The translations under genes were made by a program, and so were the position numbers. From Minisyncoccota bacterium (GTDB taxonomy: Bacteria; Patescibacteriota; Minisyncoccia; Phycocordibacterales; UBA6065), in assembly GCA_041661645.1 (NCBI GenBank), contig JBAZUA010000003.1, positions 86,841 through 150,840 on the forward strand: 64,000 bases of DNA, read 5' to 3'. The notes under the pieces are model-generated. The model had not been told where the DNA came from. It was given only the letters and a program-made list of their open reading frames with translations, and did no database searches. The first letter of the stretch is position 1, and every line of letters begins with the position of its first letter. This document shows, piece by piece, positions 36,358 to 46,739 of this stretch.

Positions 36358-39295
36358 AAGTGCACGCACCATAGCCTTCACCATCGTCTTTGCTGTTGGC
36401 GCATTTGGCTTTTTAAATGATGTTTTTGCGGATACCATCGTTACGGGTCAGTTAAATTCTGACACGACATGGACGAAGGAGGGAAGTCCCTACATCGTAG
36501 GGACATATCGGGTCAATAAGGGCGTCACCCTCACCATTGAGCCCGGTGTCACCGTTGGCTTCGGCACCGGGATGCCCTCCCTTGATGTATATGGAAGTCT
36601 TATTGCGCATGGCACTTCCGCCGAGCCAATAACCATCGCCTATACCTATCAACAGGCCTATATTCTTCAAATCCAAGTCTTCGGGGGAGTCATGGATTTG
36701 TCGTATCTCACAATCTCGGGTTTTGCCAGCCTGTCTGGACTAAACGGGGCGCATATCAGTTTTGATCATGTGAAATCGATTGATTTTCAGATATTCGTGT
36801 CCGCCTCCTCTCTCGTGATGAATGATTCGGTGTGTTTAAACACCGGACATCCTGTGACCATCCGTGTGGCCGTGAACAAGGGCGTGATCCCTACTGTGCT
36901 TATTCGAAATTCGGTTATCTTGGGAAAGAGATATTATGCCCTTTCTGCTGACTCTGGAGCTGCGGTTGATGTGAGAAATAACTTTTGGGGTGACGTATCT
37001 GGTCCCTACCACTCTGTCTTTAACAAGACTGGAAAGGGGGACCCTATCTCTGGCAATGTTGATTTCTCCCCATGGCTTTCCAGGGACCCTTTCGCATGCT
37101 GTTCAAGCGTCCTTTTCCTTCCGGGCTTCGAGGGCAGTCGGCTCTATGTGTCAGATGATCCATCGAGCACCAGTACCTCGTCCGGCGATAACAGGATTTG
37201 GGAGCCAAACCGCGATAAGGACATTGAATCGCTTGGCCTTACCCCTTCTGGCGCGAGTGCGAATAGGGTGTACTCAAAGATTGGGGATATCATCGACGAG
37301 GCGTATGTTTCTCTCGCGGGACCCAACATATACAAGTCATTTATGGCTGATATGAATGATCTCGTCGCCACGGGTACCGTAAAGAGTTGGCTCCCGGCCG
37401 CATACGATTGGAGGCTTTCTCTGGATCAGTTGCTTAATATGGGGAACGCGTCATCGAGCGGTTTGATTTCGTATCTTGATTCAACATCTACTCCGTATCT
37501 GGTCCAGGAGTTCTATAAGCTCGCCCGCGAGTCAAAGACCGGCAGGGTGAGCATCGTGGCCCATTCAAACGGCGGCCTTCTTGCCAAGGCTTTGGTGTCG
37601 TATGTCGAGAGTCGCGGGGATGCGGATCTCGTGGACAAGATACTGTTCGTGGCCGTGCCCCAGGTGGGAACCCCTCATGCGATCGGGGCGTTGCTGCATG
37701 GCTTCAAGGAGGGGATATGGCCCTTTACCTCGCCGCAGGCAATGCGTCGACTTGGTCAGAATATGCCGGGCGCATACAATCTTTTGCCGTCGCTTCGATA
37801 CGCTGACTTCGTCTCTAGCCCCATCATCAGTTTTTCGTCGGCCACATCATCGCCATTGCTTGTAGATATGCATGACGCGTATGGCGATGGCATCAGACTT
37901 TTTTCATCCCTCGTAGGTTTCTTGAAGGGCAGCGAGGGCAGGCGGGCGCCCACCTACGCTGACCTGTCTGCGCCCGAGATCCTCAGCCCGTCGCTTCTCG
38001 ATAGCGCGTCCACTACGCATGCGGTTCTTGATGCCTGGATTCCATCACCGAGCTCTGAACTGTTTGAGATCGCGGGCAGGGGCCTCGACACTGTTTCGGG
38101 AATTGAATATTACGAGGGAAGGAAGGGCAGGAAGAAGGCGCTTCTCTATAGGCCGATTTTTTCCTCTGATGGTGATGGCACCGTCATGCTCTCGAGCGCC
38201 TGGGCAACACCCTCGACCGAGAATGTCCATAGATACTGGGTTGACCTCAAGCTCGCGAGCGCGGGACTTAATCGCAATCGGGACCATTCGAACATTCTTG
38301 AGGTCGACGATTTGAGGGACTTCATAAAGGAGATACTTTCCGAGGCTCCCCATGCCATACGTCATCGGGCGCAGGTTGCCGATGCCTCAGTCGTGCCCAA
38401 GAAGCCATTTCAGAAAACCACTCGCGTTTTGCTGCATTCTCCCGATGCTTCTCTGGGCGTTAATGACAGCCAGGGGAGGCATACCGGAAGGTCATCATCT
38501 GGATTCGTCGAGACGCAGATTCCCGGCAGCCAGTATCAGGAGCTTGGCGATGTCACATATGTGAGCATCCCTGATTCCCCGTCATCGGATGGTCCCGCTC
38601 CCGTCATCCAGATAACGTCAGGTTCCACAACCTCCTCGATGTCTGATTCGGCCTTTTCGGTCGATGTCGAGCGGGCCACGGATGACGATGTTGCCACCTC
38701 GTCTACCTTTGAGGACGTGGTGGTTCCGCCCGGCGGTACCCTGACCATTGTGCCTATTTCAGATGCGTCTTCATCGACGGTCCCCGTCCTCCAGATAGAC
38801 GATAACGGTGATGGTACGGTCGATAGGGAGGTGTTGCCGGGCGCGCCTATTCCCGAACCTGTGTCCGCGTCAGAACCCGAACCAGGGGTGGAACTAGAAC
38901 ATGTGCCCGAATTTGGCGCCCGTCATCTGTCATCGAGTGGCGGAAGGTCTTCGGCCCGATCATCTGTGCGCGTCACTTTGCCGACCCCGTCTCCCTCATC
39001 GACTGAGTCGTTTTCAATAGCCACGACACAGGCCGCCTCTGCGACTGAGACTTTACCCATGATCGTTAATCACGCGTCGCTCAAAGACGCATCATTGGAA
39101 ATTGCCGACAAGGAGGTTCCTCCCGGGGCAGGGCATCGGTCGACCAACCTGGCGGCGGCATATATCAGCGTGGCCACGACAGCGACCTCGGCCGCGGCTT
39201 CGGGCCCGAGGGCGAGCCTTTCCCTCATCTCGGCTTTTCTCGTCGCCCTTGCCATCCTCTGGCTCTTGTCTTGCAAAATATCGAAATCCAGGTAA
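36350..39295 (+). CDS. Surface-anchored alpha/beta hydrolase (LCAT/PGAP1-like lipase) with an N-terminal beta-helix
   Basis: Signal peptide; TTWTKEGSPY..TLTIEPG, NFWG..SGP; FLPGFEGS, YDWR, AHSNGG nucleophile, GDGTV, DHSNIL; C-terminal TM. Confidence 0.8.
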   Translation: MSKSARTIAFTIVFAVGAFGFLNDVFADTIVTGQLNSDTTWTKEGSPYIVGTYRVNKGVTLTIEPGVTVGFGTGMPSLDVYGSLIAHGTSAEPITIAYTYQQAYILQIQVFGGVMDLSYLTISGFASLSGLNGAHISFDHVKSIDFQIFVSASSLVMNDSVCLNTGHPVTIRVAVNKGVIPTVLIRNSVILGKRYYALSADSGAAVDVRNNFWGDVSGPYHSVFNKTGKGDPISGNVDFSPWLSRDPFACCSSVLFLPGFEGSRLYVSDDPSSTSTSSGDNRIWEPNRDKDIESLGLTPSGASANRVYSKIGDIIDEAYVSLAGPNIYKSFMADMNDLVATGTVKSWLPAAYDWRLSLDQLLNMGNASSSGLISYLDSTSTPYLVQEFYKLARESKTGRVSIVAHSNGGLLAKALVSYVESRGDADLVDKILFVAVPQVGTPHAIGALLHGFKEGIWPFTSPQAMRRLGQNMPGAYNLLPSLRYADFVSSPIISFSSATSSPLLVDMHDAYGDGIRLFSSLVGFLKGSEGRRAPTYADLSAPEILSPSLLDSASTTHAVLDAWIPSPSSELFEIAGRGLDTVSGIEYYEGRKGRKKALLYRPIFSSDGDGTVMLSSAWATPSTENVHRYWVDLKLASAGLNRNRDHSNILEVDDLRDFIKEILSEAPHAIRHRAQVADASVVPKKPFQKTTRVLLHSPDASLGVNDSQGRHTGRSSSGFVETQIPGSQYQELGDVTYVSIPDSPSSDGPAPVIQITSGSTTSSMSDSAFSVDVERATDDDVATSSTFEDVVVPPGGTLTIVPISDASSSTVPVLQIDDNGDGTVDREVLPGAPIPEPVSASEPEPGVELEHVPEFGARHLSSSGGRSSARSSVRVTLPTPSPSSTESFSIATTQAASATETLPMIVNHASLKDASLEIADKEVPPGAGHRSTNLAAAYISVATTATSAAASGPRASLSLISAFLVALAILWLLSCKISKSR

Positions 39296-39310
39296 TATCA
39301 GTATTCAAAG

Positions 39311-39440
39311 GCCGGAGAAAGCAGGCGACTCGCGAGAGTCCTAATCCCGAAAGGGCAAGCCTGCCGAGGTCGAAACGCATGTCGCAAGGCATGTCGTCTC
39401 TACTCCAATTCCGGCCCACCGCAAGGTGGCCGGGCCTTTT
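39311..39440 (+). ncRNA. Ribosomal protein L10 leader (cis-regulatory RNA)
   Basis: CCGGAGAAAGCAGG...CCTGCCGAGG resembles the L10-leader core; directly upstream of rplJ; ends in a hairpin plus T-run. Confidence 0.7.
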
Positions 39441-39466
39441 ATTATTAGCGGCTTATCCAACATCAT

Positions 39467-39958
39467 ATGGCCATAAGCAAGGACAAGAAGAAGGTAATTC
39501 TCGAAGGTCTCCGAACCATCCTCAAGGATGCGTCAACGGTAGTCTTCGTGAACTTCAAGGGACTCAAGGTGAACGACGCGGTCAAGCTCCGCAAGGACTT
39601 GAAGAAGCAGGGCGTCGGATACACTGTCGCCAAGAAGACTCTCATGGGCATCGCCTTGGGCGAGCAGAAAGTCGAGGGCGCACAGCCGGATCTAGCAGGC
39701 GAGGTGGCGATTGCCTACGGCAAGGACCAGATCGCGCCGGCTCGAGAGATCCACGAGTTCGCGAAGAAGAACAAGGGAGTCATGACGATCATCGGAGGCG
39801 TGTTCGACGGCAAGTTCGTCGACGCAAACAAGATGATCTCGATCGCATCGATCCCATCGATGCAGACCCTCAGGGCTCAGTTCGTCAATCTCATCAATTC
39901 CCCTATACAGGGATTTGTCATGGCGGCGAGCGAGATAGCGAAGAAGAAACAGCAGTAA
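39467..39958 (+). CDS. rplJ: 50S ribosomal protein L10
   Basis: FKGLKV...LRK.L, VAKKTL, GGVFDG; upstream of rplL. Confidence 0.95.
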   Translation: MAISKDKKKVILEGLRTILKDASTVVFVNFKGLKVNDAVKLRKDLKKQGVGYTVAKKTLMGIALGEQKVEGAQPDLAGEVAIAYGKDQIAPAREIHEFAKKNKGVMTIIGGVFDGKFVDANKMISIASIPSMQTLRAQFVNLINSPIQGFVMAASEIAKKKQQ

Positions 39959-39986
39959 CACTTATCAGCGGTACTATTAAAAAACT

Positions 39987-40358
39987 ATGGAAACCCCAGC
40001 AAAGTTCAAGTCAATCGTCGAGGCAATCGAGACCATGTCAGTTCTCGACCTCCACGAGCTCGTAAAGCACCTCGAGGAGAAGTTCGGCGTCTCGGCAGCG
40101 GCAGTCGCGGTTGCGGCTCCTGCGGCAGCGGCGGCGGGCGAGGAGAAGTCTACCTTCACGGTAGAGCTCACCGACGGCGGCGCATCGAAGATCAGCGTTA
40201 TCAAGGTTGTTAAGGAGGCTCTCGGTCTCGGACTCAAGGAGGCAAAGGATCTCGTTGACGGCGCTCCAAAGGTTCTCAAGGAGGGAGTCAAGAAGGAGGA
40301 CGCTGACAAGCTCAAGAAGGACATCGAGGCGGCAGGCGGAAAGGTCACCCTCAAGTAA
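39987..40358 (+). CDS. rplL: 50S ribosomal protein L7/L12
   Basis: [20 protein letters not shown]. Confidence 0.98.
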   Translation: METPAKFKSIVEAIETMSVLDLHELVKHLEEKFGVSAAAVAVAAPAAAAAGEEKSTFTVELTDGGASKISVIKVVKEALGLGLKEAKDLVDGAPKVLKEGVKKEDADKLKKDIEAAGGKVTLK

Positions 40359-40447
40359 ATCTGTCCCCAGGACACGTTTCGAAGGCGCCCCGCTTGGGGC
40401 GCTTTTGTTTTGTGGTATACTCCATTTTACCTATAAACAGAAACACC

Positions 40448-41041
40448 ATGGATACCCTTTCAAGACTTTTCGGTACGGAGCTGCGAGTGAAGATGATGAG
40501 GCTGTTTCTTTTCAACGCCGACGTCGCCTTCGATGTCGAGCAGCTCGAGAAGAAGATGCTCTCGAGGAAGAAGGCCGTGCTCAGGGAGACGGCGTTCCTC
40601 AAGAAGGCCGGTTTGGTCAGGGAGGTCAAGAAGGTTACCGAGTCAAAGAAGAGGGTCAAGGCATTCATCCTCGATCCCAAGTTTGAGTTCACAGACGCCC
40701 TCATGGAGTTCTTCGTGCGCACCCATTCCCTCGAGCACAAGGCCATGGTCAGGAAGATAGAGAAGTCAGGTAAGGTCAAGCTCATTCTCGTCTCGGGCAT
40801 ATTCACCCGTGACACTGAGAGCCGACTCGACCTCTTCGTGGTGGGGGATAACATAAAGACTGCGTCCATAGATCGCATCGTCAAGGGCATTGAGTCTGAT
40901 ATGGGCAAGGACATACGCTATGCCGTGCTTTCGGCCCCCGACTTTGCCTACAGGATGGGCATGAACGACAAGCTCGTTCGCGACATATTCGAGTATCCAT
41001 ACAAGCTTTTGGTGGACAAGCTCGGGGTGGGAAAGGCATAG
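40448..41041 (+). CDS. Conserved hypothetical protein, wHTH plus nucleotidyltransferase-like fold
   Basis: LFG..LRVK.MRLFLFN N-terminus; SGIF....SRLDLFVVGD. Confidence 0.6.
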   Translation: MDTLSRLFGTELRVKMMRLFLFNADVAFDVEQLEKKMLSRKKAVLRETAFLKKAGLVREVKKVTESKKRVKAFILDPKFEFTDALMEFFVRTHSLEHKAMVRKIEKSGKVKLILVSGIFTRDTESRLDLFVVGDNIKTASIDRIVKGIESDMGKDIRYAVLSAPDFAYRMGMNDKLVRDIFEYPYKLLVDKLGVGKA

Positions 41042-41100
41042 GAAGGTGGTATAATTAGGAGGTAGGGTTTTACAAGCAACTTACTCTTAATCTACACATT

Positions 41101-41799
41101 ATGGTATTGCAAACGTGGGGAAGCACGATCACGGGATCATTTGAGGGCATCTGGGCCGGAGCCATTTCCTTCCTTCCTAACTTCATCGTGGCCGTCGTCA
41201 TCTTTATCATCGGCTGGATCATCGCTACTCTTATCGGCAAGGTCATCGCCCAGCTCATTAAGGCCCTCAAGCTTGATCACGCCCTCGAGCAGGCCGGATT
41301 CGGTGCAGTCGTAAAGCGCGCCGGATTTACCCTCGACTCAGGTGCCTTCATCGGTGGCCTCGTCAAGTGGTTTGTCATCGTTGCCTTCCTCGTCGCCTCG
41401 TTCGAGGTTCTCGGGCTCAATCAGGTCAATGTCTTCCTCCAGAGCGTCGTCCTCCTCTATCTGCCTCAGGTGATAGTCGCGGTACTCATACTCTTGGTCG
41501 CCATTGTTATCGCTGACGTCGTCCGAAAGTTCATTGTCGGCGCCGCTCGAGCCGCAGGCGTCAAGTCTGCTAATTTCCTCGGCACCATTACCAAGTGGGC
41601 CATCTGGATCTTCGCTCTTCTTGCGGCCCTCGTGCAGCTCGGCATTGCGGTTGGATTCATCCAGACTCTCTTCACCGGCGTCGTCGTAGCCCTTTCTCTC
41701 GCGTTCGGACTCGCGTTCGGACTCGGAGGTCAGGAGGCGGCAGCCCGCTCGATCGAGAAGATCAAGCAGGAGATCGCGGACCATCAGCATCACGAATAG
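41101..41799 (+). CDS. TM-helix repeat / small-conductance mechanosensitive channel-like (CmpX-like) protein
   Basis: Repeated FLPNFIVA and YLPQVIVA; AFGLAFGLGG. Confidence 0.8.
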   Translation: MVLQTWGSTITGSFEGIWAGAISFLPNFIVAVVIFIIGWIIATLIGKVIAQLIKALKLDHALEQAGFGAVVKRAGFTLDSGAFIGGLVKWFVIVAFLVASFEVLGLNQVNVFLQSVVLLYLPQVIVAVLILLVAIVIADVVRKFIVGAARAAGVKSANFLGTITKWAIWIFALLAALVQLGIAVGFIQTLFTGVVVALSLAFGLAFGLGGQEAAARSIEKIKQEIADHQHHE

Positions 41800-41963
41800 T
41801 CTTTCCCGAAAGGGGAGTTGGTCCCGGTGAGAAAAGAACGCCTCAATCAATTGAGGCGTTCTTTTCATTTTAGACAGCGTCCCATTTGAGCCTTTATTTA
41901 AGAGCCTTTTAAACGAGCCAACATACTTTCGTGAGGGAAAAGCCTTGAATCGTCCCCGAATCC

Positions 41964-41991
41964 TTGACTATTAAACAGCCCTGAGTATACT
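41964..41991 (+). promoter_or_regulatory. Promoter of the 23S-5S rRNA locus
   Basis: TTGACT-16-TATACT. Confidence 0.6.
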
Positions 41992-42885
41992 TATCTCTAT
42001 TCCGATTATGTTAAACCCTCAATCAAAAGCGGACTAGATAAGACCAGTTTCTGGCCTTGTTTAAGTACCGCTCAGACCGAGCGGTTTTTAATTTTCGGGA
42101 GGTGCTGTTATTTGAAATACGAACCCCGTCCCACTAGTCTTCCGCCCTCAAAAGCGGATGGTCTTTTCAAGAGTGGAGACGACTACATTCGTACGTTAGA
42201 TCGTGCGGATGTAAAACCTGCATCTTTCTCCCAGGAAGAGAGGATGCAGTGCAACAGGTAAAAATTAAATTGTATGAGTGTTCGTTGTAAGCGAACACTC
42301 TCATTGAGAATGAGTTTAAGTGGTTTTTAAATTTCCTAATAGGAAATTTAAGAGCATATGGTGGATGCCTTGGCTTCTGAGAAGCGATGAAGGACGTTGC
42401 GTAGCGACGATATGTTCGGGGAGCTGCCGAGCGAGCTTTGATCCGAACGTTTCCGAATGAGGAAACTCCATGTCGAGTGATCGACATGACCTTGGCCTTT
42501 ATGGTCAAGGAGCATACCCTGGGAAGTAAAACATTTCAGTACCAGGAGGAAGAGAAAACAATGTCCGCGTACTGCGGACGATATTTCCTTAGTAGTGGCG
42601 AGCGAAAGGGAAAGAGCCCAAACCTAGTCTTAATCGTGCGGTATGTCGCAAGACGTGCAGCGCGATTAAGACTGGGGGTTGTAAGATGATGATGTCACTA
42701 TTTATAGTGGAAAGAGTTACAAAATGTTTTGTTAGCAGAATTGGCTGGAAAGCCAGACCCTAGTGAGTGATAGTCTCGTATGCGAAAATAAAACATCTCT
42801 TTTATTGTCATTCTTGAGTACCCCAGGACACGAAAAGCTTGGGGGAATCTACCGGAACTAACCGGTAAGGCTAAATATTCCAGAA

Positions 42886-42918
<33 letters not shown>

Positions 42919-43505
42919 CGAAAAGAACCCCGGAGAGGGGAGTGAAATAGACCTGAAACCATATGCTTACAAGGAGTCGGAGCGGTAATTTATTACCGTC
43001 ACGGCGTGCCTATTGAAGAATGAGCCAACGAGTTAATGCATGCTGCAAGGCTAAGGGCTTGAATGCCCGGAGCCGCAGGGAAACCGAGTGTGAATAGCGC
43101 GACTCAGTAGTATGTATTAGACCCGAAGCCGGGTGAGCTTGCCATGTGCAGGTTGAAGTTTGTCGAAAGACAGATGGAGGACCGAACGCTAGAGACGTGC
43201 AATACTCTGCGATGACATGTGGTATGGAGTGATAAGCTCATCGAACTCGGTAATAGCTGGTTCTCTCCGAAATATGTTTAGGCATAGCGTCGTATGTTCC
43301 CACGAGGGGTAGAGCACTGGAAGATTCTGACAGGTAGAAATACCGCAGAACCTATCAAACTCCGAATACTCGTGGTTAAAAGTACGGCAGTAAGACCGTG
43401 GGGGCTAAGCTCCACAGGTCAAAAGGGAAACAGCCCGCATCTCAATTTAAGGTCCCAAAATTCATGCTAAGTACAAGTGAGGTGGTGAATCTTCTCTGAC
43501 GGTGA

Positions 43506-43537
<32 letters not shown>

Positions 43538-44389
43538 GAAAGCGTAACAGCTCACTCACTTAGAGGGTTTGCGCCGCAGATGATCGGGGTTAAAGCATGA
43601 TACCGAAACTGAGGATTGCATCCATATTCGTATGGGTGCACTGGTAGGAGAGTATTCTACTCTGCGATGAAGGCAAAGGGGTGACCCATGCTGGAGCGTG
43701 TAGAAGTAAGAATGTTGGCACAAGTAACCACAATGCGGATGAGAAATCCGCACGCCGGAAGATTAAGGTTTCCTTCGCAATGGATTTCAGCGAAGGGTTA
43801 GTCGGGCCTAAGGGGATGGTGAAAACCGTACCTGATGGACACATGGTTAATATTCCATGACTGGCGTTTGGTGCGATGGGAGGACGGAGCACAGTATGTG
43901 TAGCCCCTTATTGGATTGGGGTTGTTGGTCTCAGGGCGATATGCGAGGAAAATCCCGCATTCTGCATTTATTTGCGAGCCTAAGGACAGACGGGAAGGCT
44001 GGGTTCGCCCAGCGGAACTACACAGAGCGAGCTTTCAAGAAAATTCTCTAAGCATAACCAAACGCTATCCGTACCGAAAACCGAAACAGGTGATCGGCTC
44101 GAGGAGAGCAAGGCGAACGAGTGAAGGTCCTTCAAGGAACTCGGCAAAAAATCAGCCGTAAGTTAGCGATAAGGCTTGCCCTCTCTTTATTGAGGGGGCC
44201 GCAGCGAAAGTATGCCTGGCGACTGTTTATCAAAAACACAGCTCCCTGCGAACTCGTAAGAGGATGTATAGGGGGTGACACTTGACCAATGCCAGAAGGT
44301 CAACCAGCGGCGTTGCCACGTATTTATACGTGGTGGTGACTGCTGTAAGCCCTGGTGAATGTCGGCGGTAACTATAACCGTCCTAAGGT

Positions 44390-44606
44390 TCTGCATCTTT
44401 CGCAAGAAGGGTGCAGAAGGACTGGGACGGTCATAGCAGTGTTAGATGAACAAGAACCTAATAGAAGTTACACAAATAGCTACCTGACATCGCAGTAATG
44501 CATTGTCAGTCCACACATGATCAACAAGAGACCAACGTCATGGATCCGAACTCGTCAATTCGTTGATGGGAGGATTAAGATAGAGTCCGACTTAGAGGAA
44601 TAGTTG
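44390..44606 (+). mobile_element. Group I intron-like insertion in 23S at about L1931, no homing endonuclease ORF
   Basis: Interrupts CCTAAGGT^AGCGCAATTCC; 5' exon ends in T, insert ends in G; S-like AAGATAGAGTCC. Confidence 0.75.
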
Positions 44607-45267
44607 AGCGCAATTCCTTGTCAGGTAAGTTCTGACGCGTTGAATAGTGTAACGTCTGGGCAACTGTCTCGAAGGACAGCTCGGTGAAAATACAATCCCG
44701 GTGAAGATGCCGGGTACCTGCAGTTAGACGAAAAGACCCTAGAAGCTTTACTATAGCTTGATATTGAGTATACGATTCTGATGCGTAGCATAGACGTGAG
44801 GATTTGAAGTGCGCTTTCGGGTAGCATGGATCCGCCAGTGAAATAGCGTTCTTCAGTGTTGTATATTCTAACCCCGAGGGCAAAAACCGCGGGAGACAGT
44901 ATCTGGTGGGTAGTTTTAGTGGGGCGCTATCCTCCTAAAAAGTAACGGAGGAGCCTATTAAGGTCAGTTAGCCGTGAATGGAAACCATGGCGATAGTGTA
45001 TGGGCATAAACTGGCTTAACTGTAAGACGTACATGTCGAGCAGATGCGAAAGCAGAGCTAAGTGAACCGACGGATCGCGTTAGATGCGGCCGGAGATTAT
45101 CGGACAAAAGCTACCCTAGGGATAACAGGCTCGTTCCGCCTAAGAGTTCATATCGACGGCGGAGTTCGGCACCTCGATGTCGGCTCATCTTATCCTGGGG
45201 CTGGAGAAGGTCCCAAGGGTTTGGCTGTTCGCCAATTAAAAAGGTACGTGAGCTGGGTTCAGACCGT

Positions 45268-45556
45268 TCAGAAGGTGATTGCGCATAGTCGCGCGATCAT
45301 GCACTGGACAGTCTGAATCCCTCGGACATCATGAGGAAAAAAGAGACAACAACCAATCACGGCGCCCGCAACGAGCAATCATTGCGGAGCCAGTTAACTA
45401 ATATCGGTGAAGCCCGACAGGCGCAAGCTTGGGGTAATACCGAGGGAAGCAGAGTCATATCTGCACCCGTAGAGACTACACGTTAACCTCCACATCGAAA
45501 TAATGAGATGTGGATGAAGATATAGTCCAATGCACAGAGTAATTTGTGAAAACATG
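45268..45556 (+). mobile_element. Group I intron in 23S at about L2593, no homing endonuclease ORF
   Basis: Interrupts CAGACCGT^CGTGAGACAG; P AATATCGGTGAA, Q AATACCGAG, R GTAGAGACTA, S AAGATATAGTCC; terminal G. Confidence 0.9.
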
Positions 45557-45954
45557 CGTGAGACAGGTTGGTCTCCTATCTACTGCAGGCGTTGATTCTT
45601 GAGGAGTTTTGCTTCTAGTACGAGAGGACCGAAGTGAACGGACCGCTGGTCTGCCTGCTGTCACGCCCGTGGCAACGCAGGGTAGCTATGTCCGGAACGG
45701 ATAACCACTGAAAGCATCTAAGTGGGAAGCCGCCTCCAAGATAAGGAATCGTTTGAGGGCCCTAGGAGACTACTAGGTTGATAGGCTTTAGGTGTACACG
45801 CAGCAATGCGTTGAGCCGAGAAGTACTAATTACCCGATCTTATTAGGAAATTTATGAATCACTCATGGCGAGGGCCATGATTACTGATTCTTGATGATTT
45901 AATTATATTTGTTGCAAGTTCGTATTCCTGAAAACAGCACGATTGAATTCTGTG

Positions 45955-46063
45955 TTCTGGTGATTTAACGCGGTGGCACCACCTCTTCCCATCCCGAACA
46001 GAGAAGTTAAACGCCGTAGTGCCGATGATAGTCCTTATGGGCGAAAGTAGGTAGTCGCCAGTA
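45955..46063 (+). rRNA. rrf: 5S rRNA
   Basis: CTGGTG...CCCATCCCGAAC..AGAAGTTAA...GCCGATGATAGT...AGTAGGTAGTCGCCAG. Confidence 0.93.
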
Positions 46064-46077
46064 CACAGAATTCAATC

Positions 46078-46113
46078 AAAGAAAAAGCCGCCCGCAAGGG
46101 CGGCTTTTTCTTT
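46078..46113 (+). terminator. Terminator of the 23S-5S locus
   Basis: AAAGAAAAAGCCGCCC-GCAA-GGGCGGCTTTTTCTTT. Confidence 0.9.
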
Positions 46114-46166
46114 GGGTATTGTCCAAAGGGGCGGGGGAGGGCCTCTTTTAGCCTTTATGGGGTGTA

Positions 46167-46195
46167 TTGACAATATAGATAATAGGGTGTATAAT
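46167..46195 (+). promoter_or_regulatory. Perfect-consensus sigma70 promoter
   Basis: TTGACA-17-TATAAT. Confidence 0.8.
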
Positions 46196-46301
46196 ATATA
46201 AGAATATAGGTCTTTGAAGCGTTTGGTTGGGGAAAGAAGGAAATGACTTAATTCCGGGCAATTGCCCAGTCGTTTCCATTAACTCCAACTAAAACAAAAC
46301 C

Positions 46302-46523
46302 ATGAACAGAAATAAACTCTGTCTCCTCAGTCTTCTCGTTATGATCCTGGTCGTCGTGCTGGGTGTCATTCACGCTGTCACCCGCCCCGAAGAGTCTCGG
46401 GTCATTGACGGTCTTTATGCTGTCTCGTGCTCGATGCTCATGATTGTGGCCGCTGTTATTTTCGCCTGCAATCATGAACGCAAGGATGAGGGGTCTTTCA
46501 GATCGGAGCAGAAGGACCAGTAG
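46302..46523 (+). CDS. Small orphan two-TM protein
   Basis: 73 aa, two hydrophobic helices, A-rich sequence before the ATG, terminator-like hairpin at about 46548-46578. Confidence 0.55.
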   Translation: MNRNKLCLLSLLVMILVVVLGVIHAVTRPEESRVIDGLYAVSCSMLMIVAAVIFACNHERKDEGSFRSEQKDQ

Positions 46524-46610
46524 CGAGGGCTTTAACCCACCAATAGCAGAAAACCTGCTCGGTGGGTTTTCTTTTTTTATTTGAATAAGTAAAAGGGAAA
46601 CAAGGCAGAT

Positions 46611-46705
46611 GTATGCTCCCTCGAGAAGCCTCCGCAGGGGAGAATCCGTCAAGGCTTCCTTTTGACGGATTCGACCCGAGGACGGGCTACGAGAGGGAGC
46701 TATAC
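46611..46705. repeat. Nested palindromic element C (same core motif as B, on the opposite strand)
   Basis: Outer GCTCCCTC/GAGGGAGC, inner GAATCCGTCAA/TTGACGGATTC, core GCCTCCGCAG...CGAGGACGGGC. Confidence 0.7.
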
Positions 46706-46739
46706 ACTGCCTCCCTTTCCCTTTATACTTAGTGCACTT

